A DNA stretch of 63,658 nucleotides, filler included, from Reticulomyxa filosa (lineage: Eukaryota > Protista > Foraminifera): assembly GCA_000512085.1 (NCBI GenBank). It is 18 parts of 18 records of this genome, joined end to end, with 100 filler letters (N's around TTAATTAATTAA, not from the genome) between each part and the next. Parts side by side here need not be neighbours in the genome. Positions count along the whole stretch, not along the records: positions 30,596 to 34,718 come from ASPP01005076.1; positions 34,819 to 36,368 come from ASPP01032708.1; positions 36,469 to 41,384 come from ASPP01001570.1; positions 41,485 to 43,364 come from ASPP01018570.1; positions 43,465 to 60,576 come from ASPP01021249.1; 13 more parts are not named here. One strand, given 5' to 3'. Both the position numbers and the translations under genes were made by a program. Below, one piece after another: positions 34,566 through 48,218 of this stretch (the stretch's first letter is position 1; every line of letters begins with the position of its first letter). Under the pieces are notes generated by a model that worked only from the letters and a program-made list of their open reading frames with translations, did no database searches and was not told the origin of the DNA.

Positions 34566-37500
34566 TTAGCAAACGAAGAAATCCTCACTTTTTTTTTTTT
34601 AGAACAAAGTTATCCAATGTCAAGGATTTTAGAGGTTTTGTTTGCTTTTTGTTTTGGTCTTTTTTTTTTTTTTGCTCTTTGCTTGATTTTTGTGAAAGTG
34701 GTGGCAACGTTTGAACGTNNNNNNNNNNNNNNNNNNNNNNNNNNNNNNNNNNNNNNNNNNNNTTAATTAATTAANNNNNNNNNNNNNNNNNNNNNNNNNN
34801 NNNNNNNNNNNNNNNNNNAAATGATTATGATTATTTCAATGAACCAAGTCGAACGCGTGAAAGAGAGTTGATATGATACTGTCCTGCAACTTCTTTGGAG
34901 CTATACACTCTCAACCGAATTCAAATGGAGCAAAATTTTTCTGAATAGAAAACTTCTTGTTTTTAAGGTTTTTGATCCTTTTTTAGCTAGTAACATTATG
35001 ATTACTCCTTTGTAAAATGCAACATATTATTTGAATTTTTTGGAAAATACTGCTATACAATCATCAAAACATTCTGCATTACAACAAAAATTTTATTTTA
35101 TCATATGAATGCAGTAAATAAAATGACCTTTATGTTTACATATTTTTTGTTTCATTTGTTGAAGCACTACATAATCACATAAACTTATTGAATGGAAAAT
35201 CTTTTGTTTGTAAAATCATTGCAACATATCTTTGAATTTCATTAAGAATGTTACCTATTTATCAAATTTCAAGCGTATTAATAGTCAACAAAACAAAATC
35301 TGCTATTTTTGATTCAATGAACATAAGTTATTGCTATTTTATTGATACATCACTGTTTTTTGCACAATAATAATGATTTTTTTTTTTTCTAGATAACTTT
35401 CTACTTATTTCTGCATTTGATGCATTAAAGTGTAACATGTTTGCAAGTGTATACAGCACGTCTCCAAAGAAATACTCTCAGCAATATCGTGCAATATATA
35501 GTAAGACTGAATGTATAAAATATTTTTAACTGAAAGATGGGTCGAATAAAGAGTGTCAATTCTCTTTGTGAGAAATCCTCAAAAAAAATAACTCACTTCA
35601 TTTGTTACGAGAAGAACAAGGTTTTTTTAGTCTGTTTACATAAGCTCAACAGATTTTTCAAGACAGTGTCAACAGAGTTAGAAATTGGTCTGTTGCTCAT
35701 TTTCCAAAACTAGTGAAGACGTCATAGAAAAAAAATGGAACTCCCTTTTTAAACGTCTTTTCAGTTATATTATTTTGACTTTACATTTTTCTGCAAAATG
35801 TTAATTTTTTATTTATTGATTGTTTTCTCTTTCTTCAAACAAATGAAAATTATCTCAGACGAAAGGAGCCCAAAGGGGGTTAGTCACGTTTTTATATTTT
35901 TTTATCTATAATGTCTTTGATTTATCAACAAGCTCAAAGAGTATAAGTTCACTTGTCACATCTAACGAATCTAATTTAATGCTTTTGTCTTCACTTAGTG
36001 GAAATTCTTGGCTGGAGCTACTTTTTTCTTGACGTAAATGAAAAATAAATAATTCTAGATAAATCTTAATTGTAATTGTACAACCGAAGAAAATAAAAGA
36101 GATAAATCAATAAAAATGTAGGAATAAGAAAGTCCAATAATTGACAATTTGTTTGTCATAGTTTTGTAAAAAAAATTAATTTGATAACATTGAAAAAGTC
36201 TAATCAACAATATTTGCAATCAGCTAGCAAACTAGATCAGTATGCAAAGTTGGCATCGAAGATATTCTTTGTATTCAAATCCCCAATGAAATTTTGAAGC
36301 AGTATAGTGTTGAAAAAAGCTTTTCTTCTTATTACCTTCAAACAAAATTATATAACTGTGTCATTTATNNNNNNNNNNNNNNNNNNNNNNNNNNNNNNNN
36401 NNNNNNNNNNNNTTAATTAATTAANNNNNNNNNNNNNNNNNNNNNNNNNNNNNNNNNNNNNNNNNNNNATAAAAAACTAAATTCAAAATAATATTTAAAA
36501 ACTACACGATTCGTAGATATTTAAAAAAAAATTTTGATTAAATGTTGTTTTTTCATGGAGAAACACAATTATCTCTATAAGGTGGCATTTTAGGTGTCAA
36601 CTTTCTTTTTTATCTTAATATATTATTAAATATTTCAAAATATTAAAAAGATATATTTTACTTTGATTCAAAGTTTCATTTTTATTTTATTTTGTTTAAA
36701 AAAATAGATTATTTTATTGAATGAAGACTAAAGCAAAAAAATTGATCATTTGCAATTATTTTTTGACGATTTGAACGACATCTTCGTCACGTCAATCACT
36801 TGACGTCCACCGCTCTTCTATTATAACTGTCAATTTGAAGAAAACTATTCACAATAGGGTGCTACCAGCAAAATGCGTTACTGTGCCGAATTTGAAGTTT
36901 TTTTTATATAAATATTGAAGTAGTAATTCTTTGTTTTTCATTCGACAACAGGACCTTCTCTTAGTTACTGAGGTGCAAAATGTTATGTACATTTGATTTG
37001 TCGATGTATACTTTTTCTATCTTCTTTTTTATGTTGAACTCAATGCTGTTCGATTTACTCATTTGTCAACCTGCCTAATTTAATGTGATGTTAGGTAAGC
37101 GCTAGTTTGTCTTGCTCGGTCTCATAGAATTATAAAAATGAATCTACAATGAAATTTATGAGACAAAGCTTTTCCAATTTAGTTATTGACGCATTTTTTT
37201 TGGACAATTTGAAGTGCTTAAAAGTGTAAAAGTACGTTTGTATTTTTCTCGAGAAATGGATGTAAAAACCAAGTTTTCTTTTAAAGAAAGAAGTACGATA
37301 GCAACATAAACAAGCCAACAAAATTATTTCTGGCAAACATTACAAACGACAAAAAAAAAACAGATAACTTGTTTTAACATTATTCAAGCATTGTCTTATT
37401 TGACGCTAATATCAATTTAATCCATTATAAGACAACTTAAACGAATCTTTGACACAGTTTTTAAATCAAAGCTGATATTGTAACGTTTTTTGTACGAAAG

Positions 37501-39134
37501 AGTGGCCTTTGAAAGAAAAACAACATAAACAATTGTTTAATACAATTCTGAAGATTTGATGAACGCAAGATTGTTTTTGTTATAATTCATTATATTTTAA
37601 TAGATTTAAAAACAACATTTGGTAAAGTTAGAGCGTTTGTTTTTATATTGTTAATTAAAAGAAATGGTATTAGTGATAATGGATATTCATTGGAAAAAAA
37701 CTTAAATTCGAAATGCCACTCTATAAAAAAGATAATCTATTTTCTCATGAAAAGCAAACTTTTAAGTTTTTTTACATATAATTTCATTTCTCATCGTCTT
37801 TTAGTTTAAAGATTTAAATTACTATCTTGAATAGTACTTATATTATAATTGTTGTTTACATATAACAGATAACACGTACATTTTAAATCTCGATTAGATT
37901 TGTTATTTGGACCCAATTGATATACAATTATCACCAGCATAACCGAAAGAAAAAAGCAAAATCCTAGATTTTAAAGACGTCCAAAGTACAAAAAATTAAC
38001 AAAACAAGACAAAGAAAAATCTGTTAAACAATGGCGTCTGCTGTATTTATTATGTATTCATTCAATCATTTGAAAGTCGACAATTTATTTTTCTATTTTT
38101 TTAAAACTTTTAAAGTAGTAAAAGTATTATAAGAATAGCAATAGATGCTATTCAATTCACTTCTTACTTTATTATTATTTATAATAATTAAATTTTTTCA
38201 TTTATTTTTATTTTCATATTTTAATATATCCTATCTTAATGATTTAAACTTGCTTTTCAGTGGCCAATGGTAAATAAAGATATTTTATATGATGAATCTG
38301 GATTTTGTTGCAAGTTTAACAATAGCATACGTCAAAAGTCCCAAGCCTGTTTCAATCAAAAAAGACAAAACCAAGAAGTGATCCTTTTGTTCAATATTTT
38401 TCCTCTGTTATTTAATTTGGCAACATAATTCATTGAATATTCCGTTCGCAGTATATTCAAAAACAAGACTTTTAAAATGAATAATTTTTTGAAAATAGAT
38501 ACCAACAATCATTACATTATTTTTTCAGCACTGTCAATTGCCATGACATTCATTCATAACATCAACTAAAGGAAAAAATTGAAAAGAATGGTAGTTTTTG
38601 AATTTTTTAGTAGTATATTTCGTTTTGTAAGGAAAACGATGCCGTTGGTGTCTCAATTCTTGGCATGAACTTTTTTCCCCAATAGCATAAGGTTTTTATA
38701 TATCAGATCACAAATAAGGTGAAAATATTGGAAAGGAAAAATGATAAAGGTATGATGTAGAAGAACATGTTGTTGTCGCACAACTGTTATGATACGCGCT
38801 CCACGTGAATGCCGGCGTATATGCATAGCTGTCGGAAGTGTACAAGAACACAATAAATTGGCCGATTGAAAAATGCGATTGATACAGCGTTGCAAACAAA
38901 TCATGTCTGCAAAACATGTGGCAATGGATCAAAGAAACGGGTTTTACCACTTTGCAAAAGGTACAAGATTATGAAAAAAGCTCGATACATCCAAATAGGA
39001 ATATGACGTCCCGCAAAAGTATAAGTCGCAAAACACTTTGCTTAAGACACAAAAGTCAATGGATAAATAATACATACAATTTTCATTTGTTTATTTTTTG
39101 CTTTGTGGCAAAATTTCAAGATATACTTTTTGCA

Positions 39135-40458
39135 ACATTAACACAATTTTTTTTATTGAATCAGCAAGGGCGGCTTGACCATCTTCATTTGTTTGATTTG
39201 CAACAAGTTGACAGAAATTCTATTGAATGTACGCAATATCAAGACTTGAATGAAATGATGATTGACAGAGCAAATTGTCTAAAGCAATTCTTAAGTGGCA
39301 ATCCTAATTCTTGTCATATTCAATCTCATAATGATTGTTTGTATCCTCAAAGTAGAGTGGCTCAATTCCACATTGGCGATTTACGAATTAAATATCCACG
39401 GCAATTTCAACAAGGTTCACAAACAATCGCTCATGGACAACAACCAAAAGGAGAAGGGGATGAAAAAATGACCTGTGACTTTGAAGGGAAAATCAATGAA
39501 TTAAATGATCATTTGGAAAATTCATGCTCTTTGAAATTATATAAACAATTTGGATATGTCAATACTTGCTCCAAACAAAAGTTACAACAATATTTAATTT
39601 TAAAATTAAAATTCCACTTTGATTTGATTGTAACATTTGTTGATTCATTGAAACAAACTATTCAATTTCATCAAGTTAATTATTCTTTTTTTTGTTTATA
39701 TAGGATCATTTAAAAACAAACACAAACAAAAAAATAAAATGGGATGAGATAACACAATTAAAATTACAATTAGAATCTAATAAAAAAAGGAATGATTAAA
39801 ATAAAATATTGGTTAATGAAAATATATCATTGAAAAAAAGAGATAATGCAACTAATGGCAAAATAAACGAAGACATGGAATTGAAACAAAACCAATTGCC
39901 GAGAAAAAGACAAAAAATTACAAAGAAAATTTTCAACAAGAATTACTCAAACTACGTGCTAATATTAAAATTATGAAAAAAAATTTCAATGAAAAGGAAA
40001 AACAATTGCTTTACATCATGATAAATTGGTCAAATTTTTGGAAGAAAAGAACGGTAAGCTTACCCAAGACGTTCAAAAAAAGTTTAACAAAGATTATAAA
40101 AAAAATGACAATATACTATCTATCAACACCAGACATTCTTCCACTCACACTTTTGACTGCTTCGCAATCCTAAGCTAATCAAAATTTTTATTGTGCGCTC
40201 TGGTATTACATATAGCTTACAATATTCATCACTTGATAGTGGTCGGTTTCTTTGCTCTAGGTCAGGTGATGACACTATTAGTGTATGTGATTTGGATACC
40301 AACAAACAAATTCATGTCTTTAATGTGAATTCAAGAGCTATTTACAGTGCAAAATTCTCTCGTATCAATGTAGTAATCTCCTACCATTTGTTCGGCATCG
40401 TATGACCATATCATTCGTTTTGGGGATATTAAAAAAATCAAAGAATATCATAAATATA
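39135..40458 (+). pseudogene. Decayed RING / TRAF zinc finger / coiled-coil / WD40 gene, interrupted by a Tc1 element
   Basis: NCLKQFLSGNPNSC, CDFEGKINELNDHLENSC, KFHFDL and degenerate WD repeats with frameshifts and stops. Confidence 0.88.
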
Positions 40459-41384
40459 CAGTATCCCAAAAAAAACTGCAATATTTAAATGGCATTATAT
40501 GAAGAGAATCGCTTTTCTAAATGAAAAATAAAGATTTAAACATAATTTTTTTAAAAATATATACTAATATTATAGTTTTTAAATATTAAATTCTTTTTTT
40601 TTTGCTAATTTTTTTTAATTGACATTTCAAAATTTTGATGCTTAAAATGTTGAAACATTTGATTACTTTTAAGAAAGGAGTTGCTATTAGTATGTTTATT
40701 AGTGAGCTAGAATTCGATCTGTAGCAAATAAGTTTAATGTAAGTATATATTCGCTTCGATTTTGGCTGGAGTCATATAAGTGTAATGGAACTGTAAAAAG
40801 AAAGACTGGATCTGGCAGATCATATAAGATTCATTTGCGAGTTCAGAGTAAAGTTTTGATAGAGTTTTTTTCTGGAAAGTGCGAAACTGCAAAAGACGTA
40901 AAGAAAGAGTTATATGATATGGTAAAATCAAAGTTTTTATAATTGAGAACATTTGGTGGAAAATTAAAATAAAATTATATAAAAGCAAAAAATTAACAAC
41001 AAACAAGAACTTTGGAAAAAAATTGGAAAAATATGTAAAAAAACTTACATTCAACTATGTCAAGTTCTAGTTGAGTCAATGCCAAGTAAAATTGAAGCTT
41101 TAGTCAATGCACAAGGAAAACCAACAAAATGGTAAAAACATTACAAAAAAACAAATTTTTGACAAAAAAATTTTTTTAAAAAATTTCAAATAATAAAAAA
41201 AAAATTTCAAATTTTGTTAAAAACTACGAAAGATACAAGTATAATCTTTTTTTAAAGTATCTACTTGACTTGAAGATTCCTAAAATGAAAACAAAAAGAT
41301 TTAAAAATTTCTTATTTTCAATACAGATTCAATTTATATAAACTCCTTCGAAATTTTTAAAAATCATATTTTTGATCAACCTAG
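40459..41384 (+). mobile_element. Internally deleted Tc1/mariner DNA transposon; right end lost at the contig edge
   Basis: TA|CAGTATCCCAAAAAAAACTGCAAT left end; HTH remnant IRSVANKFNVS...W...GTVKRKTGSGR; IENIWWKIK (catalytic E motif); C-terminus LVESMPSKIEALVNAQGKPTKW* ending at 41135. Confidence 0.85.
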
Positions 41385-41484
41385 NNNNNNNNNNNNNNNN
41401 NNNNNNNNNNNNNNNNNNNNNNNNNNNNTTAATTAATTAANNNNNNNNNNNNNNNNNNNNNNNNNNNNNNNNNNNNNNNNNNNN

Positions 41485-41956
41485 GAAGACATTGTCCGCC
41501 ACCACCACCACTACTACTGCAGTCGCGCCCAAAGTCGATGAAAAAGAAGAGAAAACTGTTGCGACATCTTCAACAGCAACAGCAGCAACGACGACAACGA
41601 CGGCGACGACGACGACGATGATGACTACAGCTACGATCACTGATCACTTGACCACGGCTGTTGCTTCTACGAATACTACTGAACAACAGGTTTCGACCAA
41701 ACGTAAACAATCCAATTCGGACCCGAGCAAACCCGAAATCCTTGGTTTTTTTTTTTTTTTTTGCAATTTTTGTGTGTATGTGTGTGTCACATTGTGCATT
41801 CTCATTTGATGCGATATTCCTTTTGTGCGTCTTGCTTCAGAGCTTGAAACTGCTGAACATTTCAATAATGTCCGAGAACTCACTTGCTCAAGATTAAATG
41901 AAGAAGATGCCGAACACGATCCCATTGCTGATCATTTCGATGACACTCAAGCATGA
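41485..41956 (+). CDS. Thr-rich C-terminus of a hypothetical protein, two exons
   Basis: An open frame from the contig edge splices to ELETAEHF...DDTQA*. Confidence 0.55.
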
Positions 41957-42846
41957 ACTCTACCTTTTTTTTTTTATTTTTTTTTTATCGTTATTTTATT
42001 TTTTAGATTAAAAAATAAAATTTAATTTTTTTCCTGCTTTTCCCCCCCCCCCCTTTTTTCTTTTTCCCCTTCGTCGAATGCATCCAAACGTATGTTCTAA
42101 TTATAGCGCAATAACAATACAAATGGACATCGTTGATCGACCCTCAAACAAATTTGCTTTCCTTTTTTTCTTTTGTTTGTTTTTTATTACTTGTTTATTT
42201 GTGTATGTGTGGAAGTAAGAAGCACTAAAGAATAAAGATGGTTACGAACATTTTTACACCCCCAAAAAAAAAAAAAGAGGAGGGTCTTATAAAAATAAAG
42301 AACGACGACGTGTAGTTTTTAATCTGTTTTAGTGAGAGGTAGGGGGGGGGGAAGAAAAAAATTGTGGACGCTTGTCCGAGAGGTGAAAACAACAAAAACC
42401 TTTTTTTTATACATAATCGAATACTGTTAGTTTAGTCGGGTTACTTCTTTTGGCGATTTGTGTGTTGGGTGTATTGTTTTATTGAGAAAAGGCGGACAGG
42501 AATATTAAAAATCGCTATAGCTTGTTTTCATCATTAAATTTGTATGCACCGTTTTTTGGTTGTTAAATTGTGCAAGCTTTTTTTCTCCTCCTTGCTTCGG
42601 TCGTTAAGGCAACATATAAAAGACTTTTTATCTTCTTTTTATATACCTCCAAGGATGAGTTACTTTTGCAGCTATTTTTTTTTAAGTTAGTGGAATTTGC
42701 AGAATGTATTTTTGTATTTCTTTGGGATTACGTTTGCATTTGGTACGATAGCGATTGACGGGAAACGTTTTTCCCCTTTTGCGCAAACTTTTGTGTTCTT
42801 CGCCCCTTCCCTTCCGTCTAAAAAAAAGGCTAGCATATTATCCGCA

Positions 42847-43364
42847 ATGCAAGAAAACGAAAAACAGCAAGAAGAGTACAAAGATGATCTATATTCACTA
42901 GAAAGGTGTTACGCTAAATCTTGGGTCTCATCACTGAATCAACACCGAAAATTGGAGACGTTGCAGTGCCTAGTCTGCAAGGACGTGGCGAACAATGCAC
43001 TAGAGTTGATGTGTAATGCACACGAAAATACAGAAGAAGCACTAGTAGTAGGAGAGAATTGTCTGATGAGATATCTGAAGGAAAGCGGAAACAAGTGTCC
43101 AGTTGGAAGCCATAGCGATTGTAACTACTTTCGTGTAAAAGCGGTGCGGCACTACGTGGATGATTTAATGGTAATTTGTCCAAAGCAATTTGAATTGAAT
43201 TTGAAGATGAGCATCGAAATGCCAGTCGAAGAAGCAACGAAACTAAAAGCAAGAAACTGTTATTTCCAAGGAAAGCTGAAAGACGTTAAAGCGCATTTGG
43301 AAACTTGCACATTGATGGAACAGCAATGCAAATTCCAGCCGTTTGGATGTAACGAACGCTTGCA
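42847..43364 (+). CDS. RING-variant / TRAF zinc-finger protein, N-terminus; 3'-truncated
   Basis: CLVCKDVANNALELMCNAH...VGENCL...CPVGSHSDC, VICP, CYFQGKLKDVKAHLETC and CKFQPFGC. Confidence 0.88.
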
Positions 43365-43464
43365 NNNNNNNNNNNNNNNNNNNNNNNNNNNNNNNNNNNN
43401 NNNNNNNNTTAATTAATTAANNNNNNNNNNNNNNNNNNNNNNNNNNNNNNNNNNNNNNNNNNNN

Positions 43465-44266
43465 CCCCCTTGCTCTTCCGTCACTTTTAAAAAAAAAAAA
43501 ACAACGCATACATACATTCAAGCCAGCAATGGCACCAGCATCTTTGGTTGCTTGTCTTTGTGAATCATTAAAGTAGGCTGGCACGGTAACTATAGCATCG
43601 GTGACTTTTGATCCAACGTACGACTCGGCTGTTTCTTTCATTTTTTGTAACACAAACGAGCCAATTTGTGATGGACTGTATTTCTTTTGTGTGACGTCGC
43701 AATAAACCCATGCATCGCCATTATCGCCACGAACGACTTTGTACGATAGATGCTTTGAAATCTCTTGTGTTGCTGGATCCTCATATCGTCTTTTTTTTAT
43801 TTCGTTTTCGTATTTTTTTTTGATTTTTTTTTTTAAGGCCAGAAATTTCTGGAAATTTCAAGACATGTACATATGCAAACCTGCCAATTAAACGCTTTGT
43901 TGCGTAAAATGTGTTTTTAGGATTTGTGATAGATTGTCGTTTTGCTGGCATGCCAACCAACTTTTCCACTTGGCCTTGCTTGTTTGCAACAAATGCAACT
44001 ACTGAAGGAGTAGTACGTCCACCCTCACTGTTTTCGATTATTTTTGCACTTCCTTCGTAAATTGCAACAGCACTGTTGGTAGTCCCTAAATCAATACCAA
44101 TTATAGCATTTCGTTTTGCTATTTGTTGCAACGTGCGATTTGACGTGACAAAATTCTATACGTGTTCAGCCACGTCATGTTTGTCATCAACTTAAAAAAA
44201 ACATGCACAGAAAGAGCATACATTATGTGTTACGCTTCTGGTCAAGCGCGAAACTAAAGTCGCCAT
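43465..44266 (-). CDS. HSPA9: Mitochondrial Hsp70 (mortalin/Ssc1), N-terminal part
   Basis: Presequence [11 protein letters not shown]; [37 protein letters not shown] and [16 protein letters not shown]. Intron at 43790-43880. Confidence 0.95.
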
Positions 44267-46195
44267 CCTGTATCAATAGCCTTCAATCAAGTATGTGAAA
44301 CTGTGGTAGAACCTGCAAGAAAAGTTCACCTTTGGCGAATACTTTTTTTGACAAGTTTTCGGTACTTTAAGTAAAATCTTTTCAAAAAAAAGCTATCTTC
44401 TTCGACTTTTTAAAGAAAAAATTTAATTTGTGTTTGCTTTAACTTGATTTCAAGTCGAAACTTTACAGTAGTTGTAAGTTCTTTGGGAATAGACGCTCGT
44501 CAATGCTTATACTTGAAAAACCATTCACAAAAGAGAAATAATAAATCAATAAGGCCTTTTCTGCTGTCCCGGACCTAGATCTCCTTCCTTGAGCAAAGGA
44601 AAGCGAAAGAAAATTTTTTTTGTAAATAAAATCAGATTCCTGTGCATAAATATATTGAAGGTCCTTTTATTTTTGGGTGGAATATTCGCTTAGAAAACAT
44701 GAATCAAATTTTAAATACAAATGTGATAATTGCAAAGTATTAAGTGAAGAATTTTGTTATCAAAAGAGAATAAATTTTTTCAATTGATTTGATGAAATAG
44801 CTCAATAATTAAACAAATAAAGAGAAAATGATGGATTGAAAAATTTTTTAAAAAGGGTCTAGTCCCAGATTTTTTATTCTCTTATGTAGCATCATTTGTT
44901 CCGTTTTTTAGTTTCGAAGATTATTAAAATAAATTTTTCATTCCCAGACTGTTCAATAAGTCATCTACACAAAAGTAGTTGAAAGTTTCTAAAAGAAACA
45001 ATCAAGTTTTATTGTTTTTTTTTAAATGTTTAATTTTCTTTTAAATATGTATACAGTTTAACAAATAATCAAATTATTATTGAATCAAAACAGTTATTAT
45101 CTACAACAAATTTACTTGCATTATAAAGTATTTTTTGATTATCACTTCATTTCGAAGTCATTCATTCAACACGATTTTTATTTGAAGAAATCGAACATAT
45201 AATAAATGTCATTTAATGTTGTCAAAAGAAACGGTGAAATAAAAATACACATATAATAACATATCAAACAAATCCAGCACATACGAAACGCATAGATTGT
45301 AAGAAAAAAATACATTCAGATGTAATTTTTTCATAATGTTAGATTTAGTGCTCCACTCACGTTGACAAAACCTGCAAACAAAGAAAAGTATAATGAATCC
45401 TCATCAATGTTAATAAAAAGAGAATCAGAAAGCATTTTTAATTTGTTGTGACTCTGAGCAGCCATTCAAATGGTTCATCAAAATATAATGAAAATGTGTG
45501 CGACACGGATAGTCCTTATGATTGTTTGTCAACAATGCCACAACATCAATACAAAAAAAACAATTTTGTCAAAAAGTATGATATTGTTTATGATGAAATA
45601 TTCAAGACAATAAGACACATTATGGATGGATTATAAATGAAATGACAAGCAAACAAAACCTTATTTCAATAAAAACGGCTCTCATAACCAAGACTCTATT
45701 CTTAAAAAAAGAGCATCATAGCCACCGTGTGATGGATTCAAATATCTCAATGTCACCATAGCTTCCCAATCCCGACCCAAACAACAACTGCCTTAATGGT
45801 GTCTCTCAGAGTATAAAAAAACTAAGACTATTTGATTTGTTGCCTTTACTTGGCTTATAAAAAATATAATCAAATTCGCATATCTACGTATAATGATAAT
45901 TGTTGCACAACGATACATCATTGCGAAAAGTGGGTAAGCGGATCGAAAGAAAAAGCAGAGCAATAAATGGATTGCTTTTGCGGATTCTCATTCATTCACA
46001 AATACAATGTGAAATGTTTTGACAATCAACTGCTTAAATGCTTAAATCAAACAACACACAAAAAACAAAAAAACAAAAGAAAGGGCCATTCAAATGCCAC
46101 ATGAGAGCCTGAAAAATAAGATGTGGCATACAATGATATGACTGAAAACAGTGACTCAAAGCAAAGTAAGACAAGACAAAAAGTGAAAAGAAGAA

Positions 46196-47604
46196 TCAAG
46201 TATTGAGAGAGTGTGGGGCAGCAGACGAAGTAGCAATAGGTAAAAACGAGGAGTGGTGTAATCGGCCATGCAATCGATGATGAAAATAAAAGCAGAAGAA
46301 TTCGTGATGAAGAACAGGGACTAAGCCAAGCGTTAAGAAAATAACAAAAAACCAATCAAAATTGACGTAATCAAAAGGAGATAAATGAGTGGCTGAGGGC
46401 AAGAGAAGATGATCCTTTGATCCTATTCCCAGACGGAGTTTCATTTCCTCCATCACACAAAGCTGGCCAGTAAAAAAAAATGTGTGATCCACATTCGATC
46501 GTTTATTGTTATTGTTGACGCAAATACTGTGGATGGATGGAATCTGTGAATTCCAACGTATTACATTTAACCAAGGTTTGGTATCCACTTTTGTATGATT
46601 ATCACTGCTTTGTTCTTTTTCCTTTTCATTTTCTCCGACATTCAATCCGATAAGAGGCATTCCAACAAATGTACAAATAACGTGAGCAATGTCAATCGGC
46701 ATCGCACGCGAATCGATACCAAACAGACTTGTGTTGTCTTTGTTAACTAGCAATTGCATGACTTCTTCCACAAATGCCCCCACGGATATCAAATGTTCTG
46801 CGCCCAATCCAAACAGCTCTATTCCATGAACCAACCAATACAATCAAGATACAAGGTATAAGTGTTTGTAGTGGGGATACAAACAAACAACAAACCACAC
46901 TTGTATGGTGATGAATCGAACACGTTGGCGCCAGCAAAGGATGCAAATCGCTAATTCGTATTGATTGAAGCAAGGACAAGACAAAAGGGCGATCGACAGG
47001 ACAGTAGAATTGAGTCAAATGGGACACAAAACCATCGCATAAATGGAAACGAGTCGTTGTCTTCAAACGAGCAAATGACCATGACAAGTCGTCCATCACT
47101 TGAAAGCATTCCAACAATGTCATTGTCGTTGTTGTTGTTGTTGTTGTTGTTGTCGTTGTTATTGTCGCTGTCGTTGTCGTGGTTCGCATTTTTCCTCCCT
47201 TCTCGTCACGTTCACTACTGCCACGAAGACATTCAGGACAAGCCCATCCCGAGCCTTTGGCTTTATTTTTTTATTTATTGTAACTTCGGCCTCTTTTCTT
47301 CAACCAATCAAACATTATCCATTTTTTTTTTAAAAAAAAAAAAAAGGTAACTATTTTTAGAAATGATTGCTCGAGTGGAAACGGTAGTTTGATCATTGTC
47401 ATTGGTATTGACATCGGAATTGCGCACAGCCATGACATGACTTTCCGACATGTTAATGTTAGATTTGTTTTTTTTCTTATGCTCTTTTCGCTCCTGGTTC
47501 TGATTGCTTGGATGTGTTGTTTTGTTATCACAGTGGGATGGCTTACTACCCAACCCATTATGTTCCATTTCAATCACATTATTCCATACTTTTGTTCGAG
47601 ACAT
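46196..47604 (-). CDS. Hypothetical multi-exon protein; structure uncertain
   Basis: Overlapping minus-strand ORFs of 98-215 aa with coding-like composition and a trinucleotide tract. No domain recognised. Confidence 0.4.
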
Positions 47605-48218
47605 TCAACAACAGCAAACAAACAAAAAAGAAGTAATTATTATTGCAATGATAACAGTGATATGATAAGCCCAAGAAATAAAAAAAGCCCACCGAAATTG
47701 TGACCACACTAAGGATATCGACTTTTATCACTGTTGTTACTTCGTAAATTGTCTGCAATGTGTTTTTTGTAAAGTAACATTTTTTATAAGGTGTGTGGCT
47801 GTCAATGTATGAGAACCAGGAAGTGTATGCAGTGTGAAAGACAACACGACAAAAACCGGACTCTCCTGACATCTCACTTAAAAACAAACTTTCAAGTACC
47901 CAAAAATGATTCTTCTTTTTTAATTTTCAATTATAGAGAACACATTTCAAGCTGATAATGCTTCCAAATTTTTGTAATTTCGAAAATGAAGTCAACTTTC
48001 GACCCGCAAAAACTCGTAAGCGGCCTTCCAAACTTTTTCACTTTTGAAAAGTAAATCATTGTCCTTGGTTTAAGACATTTTCTTTTTATTTGCTCCTGAT
48101 GCTAAGAGAATATTTTTTTGTATTCGACACTGCAAAATATGTCTCAGTAAAAACACCGGTCGACATAAATACAACACCATAAGATAAAAACCAAACATTA
48201 ATTGTTCGAAAAAAAAAG

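Noticed and set aside
34819-38600. Long ORF-free AT-rich regions
   Set aside because: No repeats, RNA motifs or recognisable coding remnants found by eye.
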